Assembly (NCBI RefSeq): GCF_006345805.1
Contig: NC_043001.1
Coordinates: 82,212,001-82,276,000 of the forward strand
Length of the DNA: 64,000 nucleotides
Source of the DNA: Octopus sinensis
Taxonomy: Eukaryota
Direction of reading: 5' to 3'
The translations under genes and the position numbers were made by a program. The notes under the pieces are model-generated. The model was not told the origin of the DNA, ran no database searches, and saw nothing but the letters and a program-made list of their open reading frames with translations. Below, one piece after another: positions 12,111 to 26,392 of this stretch; within the stretch, counting starts at the first letter, position 1, and every line of letters begins with the position of its first letter.

Positions 12111-14090
12111 ATATACATATATATATATATAGGTACATGTGTGTAATTTATTTCTGCTGTACCCGTTTTCTATTATTGTAGGGATTCTTTAATGTGTAAC
12201 AGATTCATCGAACAGAATAAACGAGTTAAGAAGAACGTAAGCATACGATTGGTTGATCGACTAGGCAACATGTAAGCGAGTCAAGATTATATACAAGTCG
12301 GCTTCAACCGCAACACATACAAGACTTTAGCAATAAGCCAACAGAAAAAATCATGGGAGTAATTAAAGGTAGATGTTAGTTGGATAGTGATTACTGTGAA
12401 TGTGTCATTTCTATTATCAGAAATTCGAAATAATTACTAAATGACACCACATAAGTCATAGTGGAGAATATATGAAATAGATGAGAAATGAAGCAGTGAA
12501 GATTCACATCTTAGATAACGAGATAGTCAAATTAAGTGGTATAGAAGGCGGTGTACTAAGATATCTAGGTTTCATCGATTCATGAGTTGCGTGTATCGTT
12601 TTTCGATCGTCTGAACCGATACGGATTGTTGATCCGGTAATTAATTGCTGAAGTTTCCCCGACTTTTGGAGTCGGTTGTAAAATTTCAAGTGTCGGATGC
12701 ATCTAATTGAGGACCGCCTAAATGAATCCGGTACTAAACTGGGAAATGGGTAAGAGATTTGGAGTTTACTTTCTGGAGTACATAAACACTGGTGGTGAGA
12801 GAAGTTAAAATCGTGAAGAAAAGAAAATGACGATACTTGTTAAAAATCCTAATCGTTACATATATCTTGTTTGAAGGAGGAAATACACTCGAGATAGGGA
12901 TGAGATGAAACGACTTCAGTATGAATTTCTTTATGTGTGGAAAGGCAGAGAAGGTCTCTTTCTTCACATTCAGAATGTGATTGGACAGCGTATTCCGGAA
13001 TTCTGAAATAGAACTTGGTGATCTTTTGAATTCCGATCTTAACACTTTATAATTCAGCATTTGATAATCGCAAGAGGTATCTGAATTTATGCACTACGAA
13101 CTTCGTATCTGCCGTCTAGTATTGTATTGTGTTGTGGATTTTGTTCAGATCTACAATCAGCATGCTCTTAATTCTGCATCTTGCAGTAGTAGCATATATT
13201 GTATAACCCAGAGTGCGCTCATCGTCTCTAATAAACGAACTCTTGATAAGACAGTCTCAATATATTACTCTGGAGTAAACAAAACAAAAAAAAAATGCGT
13301 TCCGTAAGACACCAAAATGAGCAGTAGACCTGCTTATCAACAAAATCTGCATATCCCGAATCATGTAGCGTGCATCTCTTACAGCATTTTCGGTTTTGTT
13401 TTTCGTTTCGGTACGTGTTTGAAGTCTTCTATTTGAATTCGATTTTGCTGAATGAATCAGCACCCCATTCCCTCGCATTACCATTCTACCTCATTTTACC
13501 ATTCCACCATAGTAGTAGTATTAAGCAAGTTAAAGAAGTACGACAGGACACGTCTTCGTCCTCACAATCATCATCATCATCATCATCATCATCGTCGTCA
13601 TCACACTACTGAAGCTTTCCTCCGCTAGGGCAAATGCACTGCCAATTAGTAGAAATTTTAAATTTCTGAGAAGTAAAGATTACGTTAATACCTTGATCAC
13701 TGGGATTTCCTGAGATTCAAGTTTCATTTGTTTCGTGATTTTCCTGCTGACTCATATATAAAATCTTGTTTGTATTGTGAGGTCAAGACTGAGCTGCGCA
13801 TTCATATGATCCTATTAACCAGCATTTTAGCCATTCATCCATTTGTATGGTCTCGTCCAGCTAGTGTTACAGGAGGTGATCTATCTATCTATATATATAT
13901 ATATATATATATATTGCATCCAGTATTTTCTGTCCGATAAACCTGTTACTTGTCGAGGAAACTCCAAACTAACAAACAAGCGGATGCTTGTTAGCACTAG
14001 TACACGCGCGCGCGCACACACACACGCACAAACACACACACCACCCACGCATATAGAAACCAAAAGTCACGCACCAAAACTGATATTTTA

Positions 14091-14156
<66 letters not shown>

Positions 14157-14162
14157 TATTAT

Positions 14163-14481
<319 letters not shown>

Positions 14482-14509
14482 GATTATTACTATTAATATA
14501 TGAAAACTC

Positions 14510-15450
14510 ATTGTTTATTTTGCTGAGTATGATAGTAAGTGTCAGCTGTCCACAGCCAGTAAACTAAGGTGATACTTATTTACTGGTCATGCTTCAAGAA
14601 CCCTGCGAAGAACTCTTGCAGTTCCAATCAATGCAGATTTTTGTAGATGTTCTACCTTCACACTTGCACCCATAGTTTTCACCCATGCTGGAAGTCGAAT
14701 GCTGATACTTCCAAGTGCACCAATTACTATTGGTATCACGACTACTCTGTCCATGACCACAACTATCGTATTTTTCACTTGAAATCGTCATAGTTGTTTA
14801 TTTTTTTCTTCTTCTTTCACATTGATCCTGTTGTCACTGGGGCATGCTATGTCGATTATCATACATGTTCTTTCTTTTTTATTCATAATAATAATATCCG
14901 GTTTCCGATGTCTGGTCGGGTGATCGCACTGGATCATTGCATCCCACATGATTTTGCAATTCTCATTTTCGCTGGCTCTTCCTGGAGTTTTTGCTTACGA
15001 TGCCTTTGCTCTTTGTAGAGCGTGATTTCCACAGAGCTCCCAATGGATCATTCATGCCACATTGTTATGGCGTCTTTTGTATTCACGTTGTACCAATTTG
15101 CTAACGATATGTCATACCATTTCGCCTCTCTCACCACAAAATTTTCATTTGTTCCTATCGTTAGTGTTGTCTATCCTGCATTTCATATAGTCGGTCCTTA
15201 ACGCCTGTTCTTGAGCTGCGCATATGAGTGCTTCATCAGGTCACTTCTCCTCATCCTTAGCCACCGGTTCTTTGTAGCTGTCTTTGCGTTCACGTCTCTT
15301 GCAAACTGACCACACATTTTCCTTTCTTTTCATGCTTTGTCTTTATTTTTTTTGTTTATTTCTGGTTTAAATTTTTCTTTCGCTACATAATTTTCAGTTT
15401 TGATGACATCGGTCTTCGTGTGTTTCAATAGTGGCTCCACGGCATTTTTT
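14510..15450 (-). mobile_element. R4/Dong-like non-LTR retrotransposon 3' remnant (zinc knuckle and restriction-like endonuclease)
   Basis: Reverse translation gives AAQEQALRT, CG..GE...HIVS, EYKRRHNNVA*MIHWELC, KPDIIIMNKKERTCMIIDIACPSD and VVIPIVIGALG...LQKSALIGTARVLRRVLEA*. A short 3' UTR runs into (TAA)n. Confidence 0.85.
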
Positions 15451-15474
15451 AATATACCACTATAAACTTTATAC

Positions 15475-15524
<50 letters not shown>

Positions 15525-15630
15525 TAATAATAATAATAATAATAATTAATAACATAAAAAATAATAATAATAATAAATAATAATAATAATAATAATAATA
15601 TAAAATAATAATAATAAAATAATAATAATA

Positions 15631-15681
<51 letters not shown>

Positions 15682-16225
15682 TATTTTGTCCATCCTGTAC
15701 AAGTCTGCGCTTTCATCACTATTTTATTCATGTTATAATATTTTAGAAAAAAATTGAAGCATCTCTGAAAATTCCGGAACGTATTGAACATATTTTGTGC
15801 GTGACTTTTGACCCACCCTGTATATACAGACAAACACTGATACATATACACTACCTCAGAAATTAATTAGCACCCTTGATTTGCTCTTCACTCAAGGTAT
15901 TTGCTGTCACCTAGTGGCCATATCTTGAACTATTGCTTTGTTGCGAGTTCACTGTTGTGCAGAACGATGACGTAACTTTGTTTGCAGAGCGGTTTGAGAG
16001 TCTACAGCCTAATGATGTTGACATAGGAGTGCAACAACAACTTGGAGTGCGGATGCAGACAAATCTTCCTTTTTTTAATAGATATAGGTAGCGCCTCGTA
16101 AGGACCGAAATCACACCGTACTAAGTTTTCTCATCGCGTAAGACGTTTTGAACAGCTTGTAGGTTAATTGATTTGTGTATTTGCAAGATTTTTTTTCCTC
16201 ACAAATTCTCCTACACTCTGCTTGG

Positions 16226-16240
16226 TGACGTCACTTCCGG
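16226..16240. promoter_or_regulatory. Overlapping CRE-ETS motif TGACGTCACTTCCGG upstream of the Tc1 transposase
   Basis: Exact sequence seen 160 nt before the ATG; function is inferred only. Confidence 0.4.
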
Positions 16241-16399
16241 TTCACAAAACTTTCTGTTATACATCAAATAAGGTGAGAAATTCTGCTTTCTTTCTTTTTT
16301 GTTTAATGAATAATAACTCATAGCAGTTTTGTTATAGCATAACATTATTCAAATGAATAGTTTTAATGAAAATAACTGGTTTTTATCGTTCATTCCTAG

Positions 16400-17358
16400 A
16401 TGGGCCCAAGACCTCGCATGACCTTGGAGAGACGGTACGAGGCTCTCTCGTGGCGTGGGAAGCTGTCGGAGGTTGCAATAGCCAGAAAACTTGGTGTAGC
16501 CAGGCGCACAATTCAGTGCTTATTTAAGAAATACGAGGAAACCGGATCAGCAGCTGACAAAAAGGGTAGGGGACGGAAGAGGCTGACGACCCAGTGGGAG
16601 GACCGGATGCTGATCCGAAAGTCACTGTACAACCGAAGGGCAACGAGCCGGCAACTGGCGGAGGAGATACAAAAGATGACAGGGAAGCGGTTGTCTACAA
16701 CCACCGTCAAGACCAGATTACTGGAAGCTGGTCTAAAATCCTGTAGGGCCACCCGTAAGCCGCTCCTTACAGCCCAAAACCGGAAGAGGCGGCTGCTCTG
16801 GGCCCGTGCCCACAAGACATGGACCGTGCAGCAGTGGCGGACAGTGATGTTCACTGACGAGTCGCGATTCAGTCTTGTCAGTGACAAGCCTGTCCATGTG
16901 CGACGCCGCAGGGGTGAGCCCTTCAACAAAGACTGCATTGCTCCCACCATGAAGCAAGGTGGGGGTGGTCTGATGGTGTGAGGGGCGTTCAGCTACAGTG
17001 GTGTTGGGCGGCTCTATGCAACATCAACGCAGCAAAGTACGTTGAGATGGTACGGGATACCTCTTTGGTGGCGAGGAGTACTGCTCCAGCAGGACAGCGC
17101 GCCTTCCCACACAGCCAAGCTCACAACCGGTTTCTTCAAGGACCATGGGGTGACGGTCATGGACTGGCCTGGCCAGTCACCTGACCTGAACCCTATTGAG
17201 AACCTCAGGAGTCGATTGGGTAGGGATTTGAATGTGCAACAATACAGGAACCGACAGGAGCTGTTTGGGGCACTTCTTGCTGCATGACACTCATAGACAG
17301 CATGCCGACCCGCGTAGCAACTGTCATTGCTGCCAAAGGAGGAGCAACAAGATATTGA
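16400..17358 (+). pseudogene. Tc1 transposase with premature stop and frameshift
   Basis: HTH, GRGRKR, RKPLL, FTDESRF, GGGLMV*GA (TGA at 16979), QQDSAPSH...WPGQSPDLNPIEN (34 residues between D and E), AKGGATRY*. Confidence 0.93.
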
Positions 17359-17941
17359 CTAAATTTCACGATTAATAACAATTATGTGCTGTGCTGGGAT
17401 ATGTTTTAATAAATTTTTGATTAAAAACGAGTTCGTTTCTGATAATAAGTTAATTAAATTAAGAAAATGTAAAAATTTGAGAAGTGCTAATTAATTTCCG
17501 ACGCAAGTGTATACATATTCACGCAAACACATAGATATTTGCATACAAACATATACATATATGCAGAAAAACAGAGGCATACACATAGCGGCACACATAT
17601 ACGCACACATCGTTCATCATACTACATCCACACGCAACTTTCTCTTCATCATTTCAGGTTATGAATTTTGTTCTATGTTAGGTACGAAATGGTAGCGGTG
17701 CGTGGGGAGGGTACATAAACCTGATGGGATGTAAGTTAATTTTATTGTTCTATCAATTAGCAGTAAAATATATAACGAAAATTTAAAATACAAGAATAAA
17801 GTTTATATATATATGTATGTATATATATATATATATATATGCATCTATATATATGTGTGTGTGTGTGGGTGTGTGTGTGTGTGTAGCTATGTAGCTATGT
17901 ATGTATATATACATGCATATGGATACGCTTGTATATATGTA

Positions 17942-18112
<171 letters not shown>

Positions 18113-18644
18113 ATATATATATGTATATATAGGAGTTAATAATGTTATAAGGAAATATCTTAGAATCCAAAAGGTAAACATCAGTTGACAAAGAGATAAA
18201 AGACGGTAAAAATGAAAGTTTTGTAAAGAAATGATTAAGATAGAATATGGCTGCTAATTAGCTTTGATTGAGAAGCAAAGTTTGCAGACAACAGACGAAA
18301 TAAACTTTTGTCGTTAGTAAAGCGATTTTGTAAACATTGACCAATTAAATTACGTATTTGATATACTTCTTTCTGTGTCTGCCACGTTGTTTATGCATTT
18401 TTTGTTTTGTGCTGTTTGTTTTCTTCCTGTTACTTTTTTTTCGCTTGTTTTGTGAGGTCATGCAAATATGTGATCCAATATGATGTGCAATTTGCGTGAT
18501 GTACTAATTTCAATGATATGACGTCACTGAAAACGCGTTAAATGGCATCTGTGAAATTCAGAGCACTCTGCATACCCATTTCTTTTGGTTTTTTAGTCAG
18601 GAGACAAGGCAGAGAGTCCCAGACTAGTGTGAACAGGAAAGCTG

Positions 18645-18845
18645 GTTAATAATAATAATGGTTTCAAATTTTGGTTCAATTCCAGCAATTTCGGGTAAGG
18701 GGTAAAGTCCATAGAATCGACCCCAGTCAACTCTGCCTTTCATCCCTTCGGGTTCGATAAAATAAATAACAGTCGAACACCGGAGTCGATGTAATCGACT
18801 TACTCCTTCCCCCGAAATTGCTGGCCTTGTGCCCAAATTATTATT
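18645..18845. mobile_element. Inverted chimera of two SINE family B 3' segments
   Basis: The left part reads as a minus-strand 3' tail (AATAATAAT...CAAATTTTGG...AATCGACCCCAG); the right part reads as a plus-strand body and tail ending in (ATT)n. Confidence 0.6.
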
Positions 18846-18851
18846 ATTATT

Positions 18852-19536
<685 letters not shown>

Positions 19537-19559
19537 TACTACTACTACTATTGTTATCA

Positions 19560-19750
19560 TTAAGGTGATGAGCAGGCAGAATCGTTAGCAGCTGGGCAAA
19601 ATGTCTAGCGGCATTTCATCCATCTTCATGCTCTGAATTTAAATTCCGCCAAAGTCGACTTTCCTTTTAATTTTTTTTTGCGGCCGATAAAACAAATATC
19701 AGCCAAGTTTTGGGTTCGATGTAATCGACTTAAAGCTCCTCTTAAACTTG
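19560..19750 (+). mobile_element. SINE family B, diverged
   Basis: GGCAGAATCGTTAGCA...AAATTCCGCCAAAGTCGACTTT...GATGTAATCGACT. Confidence 0.7.
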
Positions 19751-20404
19751 CTGAACCAGAATTTTATGGAATTATCATTAAGGTAGCAAGCTTGAAGCAC
19801 CATTAGCGCTGCTGAACAAAAAGCTCTGCAGAATTTCTTCAGGCTTTTTGCGTTCTGATTCCAAATCTCGATCTGAGTGCAAATGAGAACAGATTCATAA
19901 ATATTTAGCCATCACCTAAATCTTCTGATAGCTGGATGAGATTGTCAGCTATAGCCCGAACGAACGGGAATAATCCTAGCTGTATTCTTTAGGAACCCGC
20001 TATCGGTGAATATATATGCTTTTTGTAGCAAGACTTTTGGGATCTATAAGGTTCCTTGCTTGATTCTAGTTCGTTCTTCGTCTACCAGGATGTTTTATTT
20101 CTTTTTACTTTATAGTTATGTTCTTCTGTCCAGTTTCTTCAATCCGATTCAATGCTTTAGGGTAAACACATGTGTGCTGACAGTACTGCTGAGCTCCGCC
20201 ATCGAATGAAGGAGTCAGTGTTTCATCAGGTGATCATGCTATTCTGTAGCTGTTCTGGCCTTACCACCATGATAGTAGAGCTGCCCGGGACCACCCAACA
20301 ATGTAGACAGCAAAACTCTCACAGAACAGCACGAGCTTTGTTAAGCCAGTTTTTTGCGTCTCTGGTCCAGATATTTCTACCCTCCTCAATGCTCGTCAAT
20401 ACTT

Positions 20405-20620
20405 GTTCTTGCTGCATCTCTCATTCCCTCTTGAGCCTGATACAATGGTTTGCTTTTTCGGCAGCTTCCGACAATTTTCTGGCCTTATCTCTTGTCTCTT
20501 TCGCAACTGGTCCAAGATTTCTGGGCATCGAGTGAACCTTTGTTCCAAACAATTCCCAAATACTGATTTCTGCAAGAAGGCCAATTATTGTTCAACTAAG
20601 TGTATTTTCCACCAATTTTT
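20405..20620 (-). mobile_element. Possible C-terminus of an RLE-type (Hero-like) LINE, very degenerate
   Basis: Reverse translation ...KVHSMPRNLGPVAKETRDKARKLSEAAEKANHCIRLKRE* resembles the LG....LSEAAEKAS.W.W.KR terminus; this is the only supporting motif. Confidence 0.3.
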
Positions 20621-21704
20621 TAAAAAGTGTGCTTGTCATGTCCAGTCATTTGTCACCTTTGTATCAAATAAGGAAACCGTTTGTCTTCCTGGTTTTATTA
20701 TAAAAATAAAACGAAGGGTAAATAATGTCGTTCGCTGATCAACAGTTCCCGTCTCTTCTCTAAGTCATAAATGCAATACTCTAATACTGCGGTTTAATAC
20801 AAATGTCATGTAGTATGGTTGGGCTATGGGCTATGGGCTGGAAATTTAGGATTTAGTAAAGTATGGCATTGTGAAGAATAAGTTAACACAGTTGTTACAA
20901 ACAAGACAGAGGATTAGTAAGCCAGATCGAGCAAATGCAATTAATAAGATCATTTACGTCACAGATATGACATAACAAAGAATCAAGTTATGTTGAGTGT
21001 TCTTAGCTCTTAGACATCCTGCTACTTTTGTCTTCGCATTGCAAAGCTGAACTGATAAAGCTCTTAATCTTTAAGTTTTTTCTAAGAATTGTCAAAATAT
21101 TCCACAAGCCTAATGTAATTTAATTTTATCGGTTGTTTTTATTATTCTTTTCTGGATAATAATATTATGATGTAAGATATTTAATCCGCTAAGAGGACAA
21201 TGGGGTGAGTATGAGAGTGGCTGTATCAGAATGCGCATAGTGAAGTATAAATGCATACTCAATTAAAGAATTAAGATGAAATCTTTGCATATGTCAGAGT
21301 TGATAGTAATTATAATGTAGAATGCAGTTAAAATAGACTTTATAAATATGTTCTATTTTCTCCTTTTATTTTAGTAAACTGCTAAATGGAGTTAAACCAT
21401 ATAAGACTAAATTCTCTTCCTTTCTCTCTGTCTCCTTCTCATGCTCTTCGCATGCGCCATATTTGTTTAAAGTCATGTTGACTGATTTAGTAAAAACAAA
21501 TAAATGTTTGCGCAGAATGACTGCAGAAGGTTAAGAGAATCTTCACTGGTAAATAAATAAATAAAGGATATCAGTAAAGAATTTGATATCAGTAATTGAA
21601 TAAATGTCTGCAATTAATTTTATTATTACATTGACTGAACAATAACTAAATTGTGGCGAAGTAGATTCCAAGTATCTTGATAAGCACGAACTGATTTGTA
21701 AAAG

Positions 21705-21767
<63 letters not shown>

Positions 21768-22319
21768 GCATGTACGCATGCATACGTGCACGTACATACA
21801 TACATATGCTGAACCATTGAGAGATCCACAGTTACTCTATCTAGAATACAAGCTCAGGTTTATACCTGTAATTACTGTGACACTGGGATATGTAATACAC
21901 TGCCGAAATACCAATCTTGAGAAATTAGTCTTCTCAAAACCATCATTGGAACTGTAAAAATCTGTGAAACTTTCCAGAAGTTTAACACATAAGTATTTAA
22001 ATGAGCATGTCAAGACACACAACTATATGCATGAGAATACAAACATAAAACACATACATACATACATACATACATACATACATACATACATACATACATA
22101 CATACATACATACATACATACATACAAACTAAAGTGTATACAACCCATATTAGCTGATGTTTCTACACATGATTCTATGCTGAATTCTCAACAGTTTCTA
22201 CCTGCATACGAAGTGCAATTCTGTATTGTGTGAGAATCCTTAGGAGTTTTGAGTTTTGAGGCAACTTGTCCCCAAATCTCTAGACAATATCCTTATAATC
22301 TAGTTATAAAATCAATGAT

Positions 22320-22340
22320 AATAATAATAACATTAATATT

Positions 22341-22430
<90 letters not shown>

Positions 22431-22775
22431 TAATAATAATAATATTAGAAGAAGAAGAAGAAGAAGAAGAAAAGAAGAAAAAGAAGAAAAAGGAGAAGGA
22501 GGGGAAAAGGGGGAAGGAGTTGTGAAGAAGAAGGAGGAGGAGGGGAAGATGAAGAAGAAGGAGAAGAAGATGATGATGAAGAAGAAGAAAATGAAGATGA
22601 AGAAGATGATGAAGAATATTAAGAAGAATATGAAGAAGAAGAAGAATATGAAGAAGAAGAAGAATATGAAGAAGAATATGAAGATGAAGAAGAAGAAGAA
22701 GAAGAAGAAGAAGAAGAAGAAGAAGAAGAAGAAGAAGAAGAAGAAGAAGAAGAAGAAGAAGAGAAGAAGAAGAAT
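22320..22775. repeat. Compound (TAA)n-(GAA)n microsatellite
   Basis: Directly visible; source of the poly-K and poly-L ORFs. Confidence 0.95.
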
Positions 22776-25061
22776 GGAATAGAATTCCTGTAGTGCTTCT
22801 ACAGAAAGTTTGCCTGTTAGGGACAGGAAATATTAACAGGAAGGTTCTAAGCACTTGAAAGACTATTGAAAGCTAATGGATACCCAAGGTTTCAGGTAGT
22901 AATCCGCTACTCACATAAATACTGCCAGGAACAAGACCAAACCTGAGTTAAATCAATAATGATGATGATGATAAATAAGCATCCATGCTTCCAAACTTAA
23001 CCCCGGCCGTAAACACTTACACACCCTACTGTAAGTGTAGACATTTACGTTAGAGAAAAGAAAGTGATGACGCTATTTACCTTGATCCATGAGGAAGCCA
23101 CGAAAATGCCCGTTGAAATAGCCTTCTTTTTTGGCTGGGGAGTGGGAGAAAGCTGTAGTAAGCTTTTTTGTGGGTATTTACTAAACACTCAGGTATCCTG
23201 GTGATGTTTTCTTTTTGGGTAAGTTAACGTAATCAGAATCTATCTGTATAAACAATCTGTCCGATAGTGTTTTCAGGAGATCGGTGGAGACCTTCACTTG
23301 TCAGAATGTTTTGGGGCTTAATTACTTCCTCAGTCAATACAATGTTGCTCTTCTGAACAACAATGAAGTTGATAAAAGAAGGATGTACGAGAGTGCATGA
23401 CCGTTGAACACATTGTTTTTCGAGTGTTTGTTTTTATTTTTATATCTGAAGAATTTATGGTTGCGAATGTACTCGTAACAGTTGGCATTATAGTGCAACG
23501 TGGTGTTGGTATTTTTGATATGTGATTTTGAAAAGTGTTTTCTATTTTACTGGCGTGACTCATCGCCTTCAATTTGGAGGCGACACTTCCTTTTATTCCT
23601 GATCCTAGATAAAGGCATTTGAGGGCAAGTTCATCAGACCTTCATTTGACGGGTCCTTTGATTTTGTGAGGCCCGAGTCAGAGAAACGAGGTGGGTGTGT
23701 GTTTGTATTAGTGTTTTCAGTCTCTGTATCAGGAGAGGCCTCTTTCGATGGAATTAGTAGTAACGGTGAAGCGTCTTGCTTTCTCCACCGCATAGCAGAA
23801 GACTTTGAGATGGTTCAAATTTCCACTCACAAATCATTTAGATTTTCTGCCGTCTGTTAACACCAGCTCTGCTCCTTTTCTCTAAAACAGAAAAAAAAAA
23901 CGGGAATGCGAGTGACTTACTCCGGGGCAACTAGTACCTGGACTTATATAAGGACGCCAGTAGTATAGAGTCGGTGGATATAAATTTTACTTCCACATTC
24001 TTCATATGCTCTTCCAGTCTGGCTAAAGCCCTTGCCGGATCTCAATGAGCCGGCAAGTTTTTGACTCAAATTGGAGTCAACATCCTGCCCTTTTATTGAG
24101 GAATCATCATAAGGATCTGGGAGGTGCACATTATTGTTGCCATTCTTCAAGCTTCTTGATAGCAGGTATATGCTGGCAGTTAGCGTCCCTTACAATCTTT
24201 ATATATGCGTAGTAGCAGTCGTAGTTATCACTGTGGTGTTGGTGGTGGTGATGGTGGTGGTGGTGGTGATGACAATCAACATTGTTCTCTCTTTGAATTT
24301 CAGAACTTCAGATATAATGTTGACGACGACGACGACGTCGATGATGATGATGATGATGACTACGACGACAGCACTGACGATGATGATGAGGTTGAGTCCA
24401 AGAATGCGATAAAGAGAGAACCGAATGAAATGGATTAATTCAATTTCTTTTTTTTTCAATTTACAACTTTTTTGTTCGCATTCTTTCTTTAACAATTTTC
24501 ACTTACACGACCGTCTTTCTCACTTTCTCTCCTCCTCTCTCTCTTTCCCCGTCTCTCTTTTTCTTCCTCTCTCTATCTCTCAATTGTTCGTATTCCTTGG
24601 TTGTGTACAAATAATATTATTCTCTTTTTCCAACCACTGCAGGAATACACAGGATGTTTGACATAGATATTCATGATAACAAGACCTGTTCAAATTTGTT
24701 CCGTTCAAGTGATAAAATAATTTACTCGTTCAGCAAGTCTAAATCAAAGACCTTGACGTATGTTCACAATCATGAAGAACATCATTTCAAGCACACGCTT
24801 TACATTTACAGACTGGAATCTATTCATTTGGAATCACTGAAGTATCTTTGTGTAAAACAAATAAATACAATGGCTGCCATGCAATGTTTGTCATGTGATA
24901 GCTTCATTTCACATCAGCCTGTCTGAGAGCATCGATTAACCTGGTTTTTCTCTTACGACTGTTCATTTCACTTGGCGTACTTAATTTTTTCAAACTTCTG
25001 TTGTACCGTGAAGTTTTCGATATTCACGTGGAATTTTACACATTTATCAGAGCAGTATAGA

Positions 25062-25492
25062 GCGGCGAGCTGGCAGAATCGTTAGCACACTGGGAAAAAT
25101 GCTTAGCAGCATTTTTCCCCCCAGCTCTTTACTTCTGAGGTCAAATTCCGCCGAGGTCAGCTTTGTTTGCCTCTCATCCTTTCGGAGTCGATGAATTAAG
25201 TACCTGTTACGCACTTGGGTCGATGTACAATTTCAGGCCTTGTGCCTATAGTAGAAAGGATTATTATTATTATTATTATTATTAAGCTGGGAGAATCGTT
25301 AGCACGCTGGATGAAATGCTTAGCGGCATTTCGCCCGACGCTACGTTCTGAGTTCAAATTCTGTCGAGGTCGGCTTTGCCTTTCATCCTTTCAGGGTCGA
25401 TAAATTAAATACCAGTTGAGTACTGGGGTCGATGTAATCGACTATCCCCCTCCGCCAAATTTCAGGCCTTACGCCTATAGTACAAAGGATTA
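25062..25492 (+). mobile_element. Two tandem SINE family B copies (tail type 2) separated by (ATT)n
   Basis: GCGGCGAGCTGGCAGAATCG...GTAGAAAGGA(TTA)n, then a second copy ending GTACAAAGGAT(TAT)n. Confidence 0.85.
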
Positions 25493-25520
25493 TTATTATT
25501 ATTATGATTATTATTATTAA

Positions 25521-25569
<49 letters not shown>

Positions 25570-25619
25570 GTGTGTGTGTGTATGTATTGTACGTATGTAT
25601 TATGTTTGTTTGCATGTTG

Positions 25620-25666
<47 letters not shown>

Positions 25667-26127
25667 ATATATATATATATATAATATATATATATGTAGC
25701 GAGAAACAGAGGGAGAGAAAGAGAGAGAGAAAGAGAGAAAGAAAGAAAGAAAGAAGAGAGAGAGAGTGTGAGAGAGACAGAGACAGAGTGAGAGCGGGAG
25801 AGTTTGTCTCCCATCAAAGAGTCATAAGCGAACGCAATAAGAACAAATTGACTGCAAAAGATGAAAGCACATCCTACAGAGAACTTTGCAGAAAAATATT
25901 TCCATTCGCGTTCAGGTATGTGTGTCGCTAAGAAACGGTAACCTTTCTGGTTGGATGGCATTAAAGTTTTACGCGTTAGGCTTAATGAATTGCTTTCTAA
26001 AATGCTGAAAGCAAGCGTCTGTGAGACATACCTTCATTAGCAGGTTCCGATATTTCTTATGGTTCAGTTTTGAATATATTAAGCTATATGCAAGTTTCGC
26101 ATCATTATGATACACTGCTGTGCATAG

Positions 26128-26164
<37 letters not shown>

Positions 26165-26311
26165 ATATTTAAATATATCTATATCTATCTATTTATCTAG
26201 CTAGCTATGTATGTATGTACTTACATACATATGTATGTATGTATGTACGTATGTATGTATCTATGTATGTATGTATCTATCAATTTCGCTATCTCTCTCT
26301 TTCTCTCTCTC

Positions 26312-26392
<81 letters not shown>

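Larger units (their letters stand above)
15849..17509 (+). mobile_element. Tc1-family (DD34E) DNA transposon, near full length
   Basis: TIRs CACTACCTCAGAAATTAATTAGCAC and (reverse complement) CACTTGCGTCGGAAATTAATTAGCAC, flanked by TA; transposase inside. Confidence 0.95.

Noticed and set aside
15690-15822. Tc1/mariner-like TIR ends (GACCCACCCTGTA; TCCATCCTGTA)
   Set aside because: Only right-hand ends with no partner, so an element cannot be defined.
18460-18526. Octamer ATGCAAAT and CRE TGACGTCA close together
   Set aside because: Single short motifs are expected by chance in 64 kb; there is no further support.
24642-24757. Exon-like segment with good acceptor and donor on +
   Set aside because: The one open frame resembles nothing known to me and cannot be supported without transcripts.
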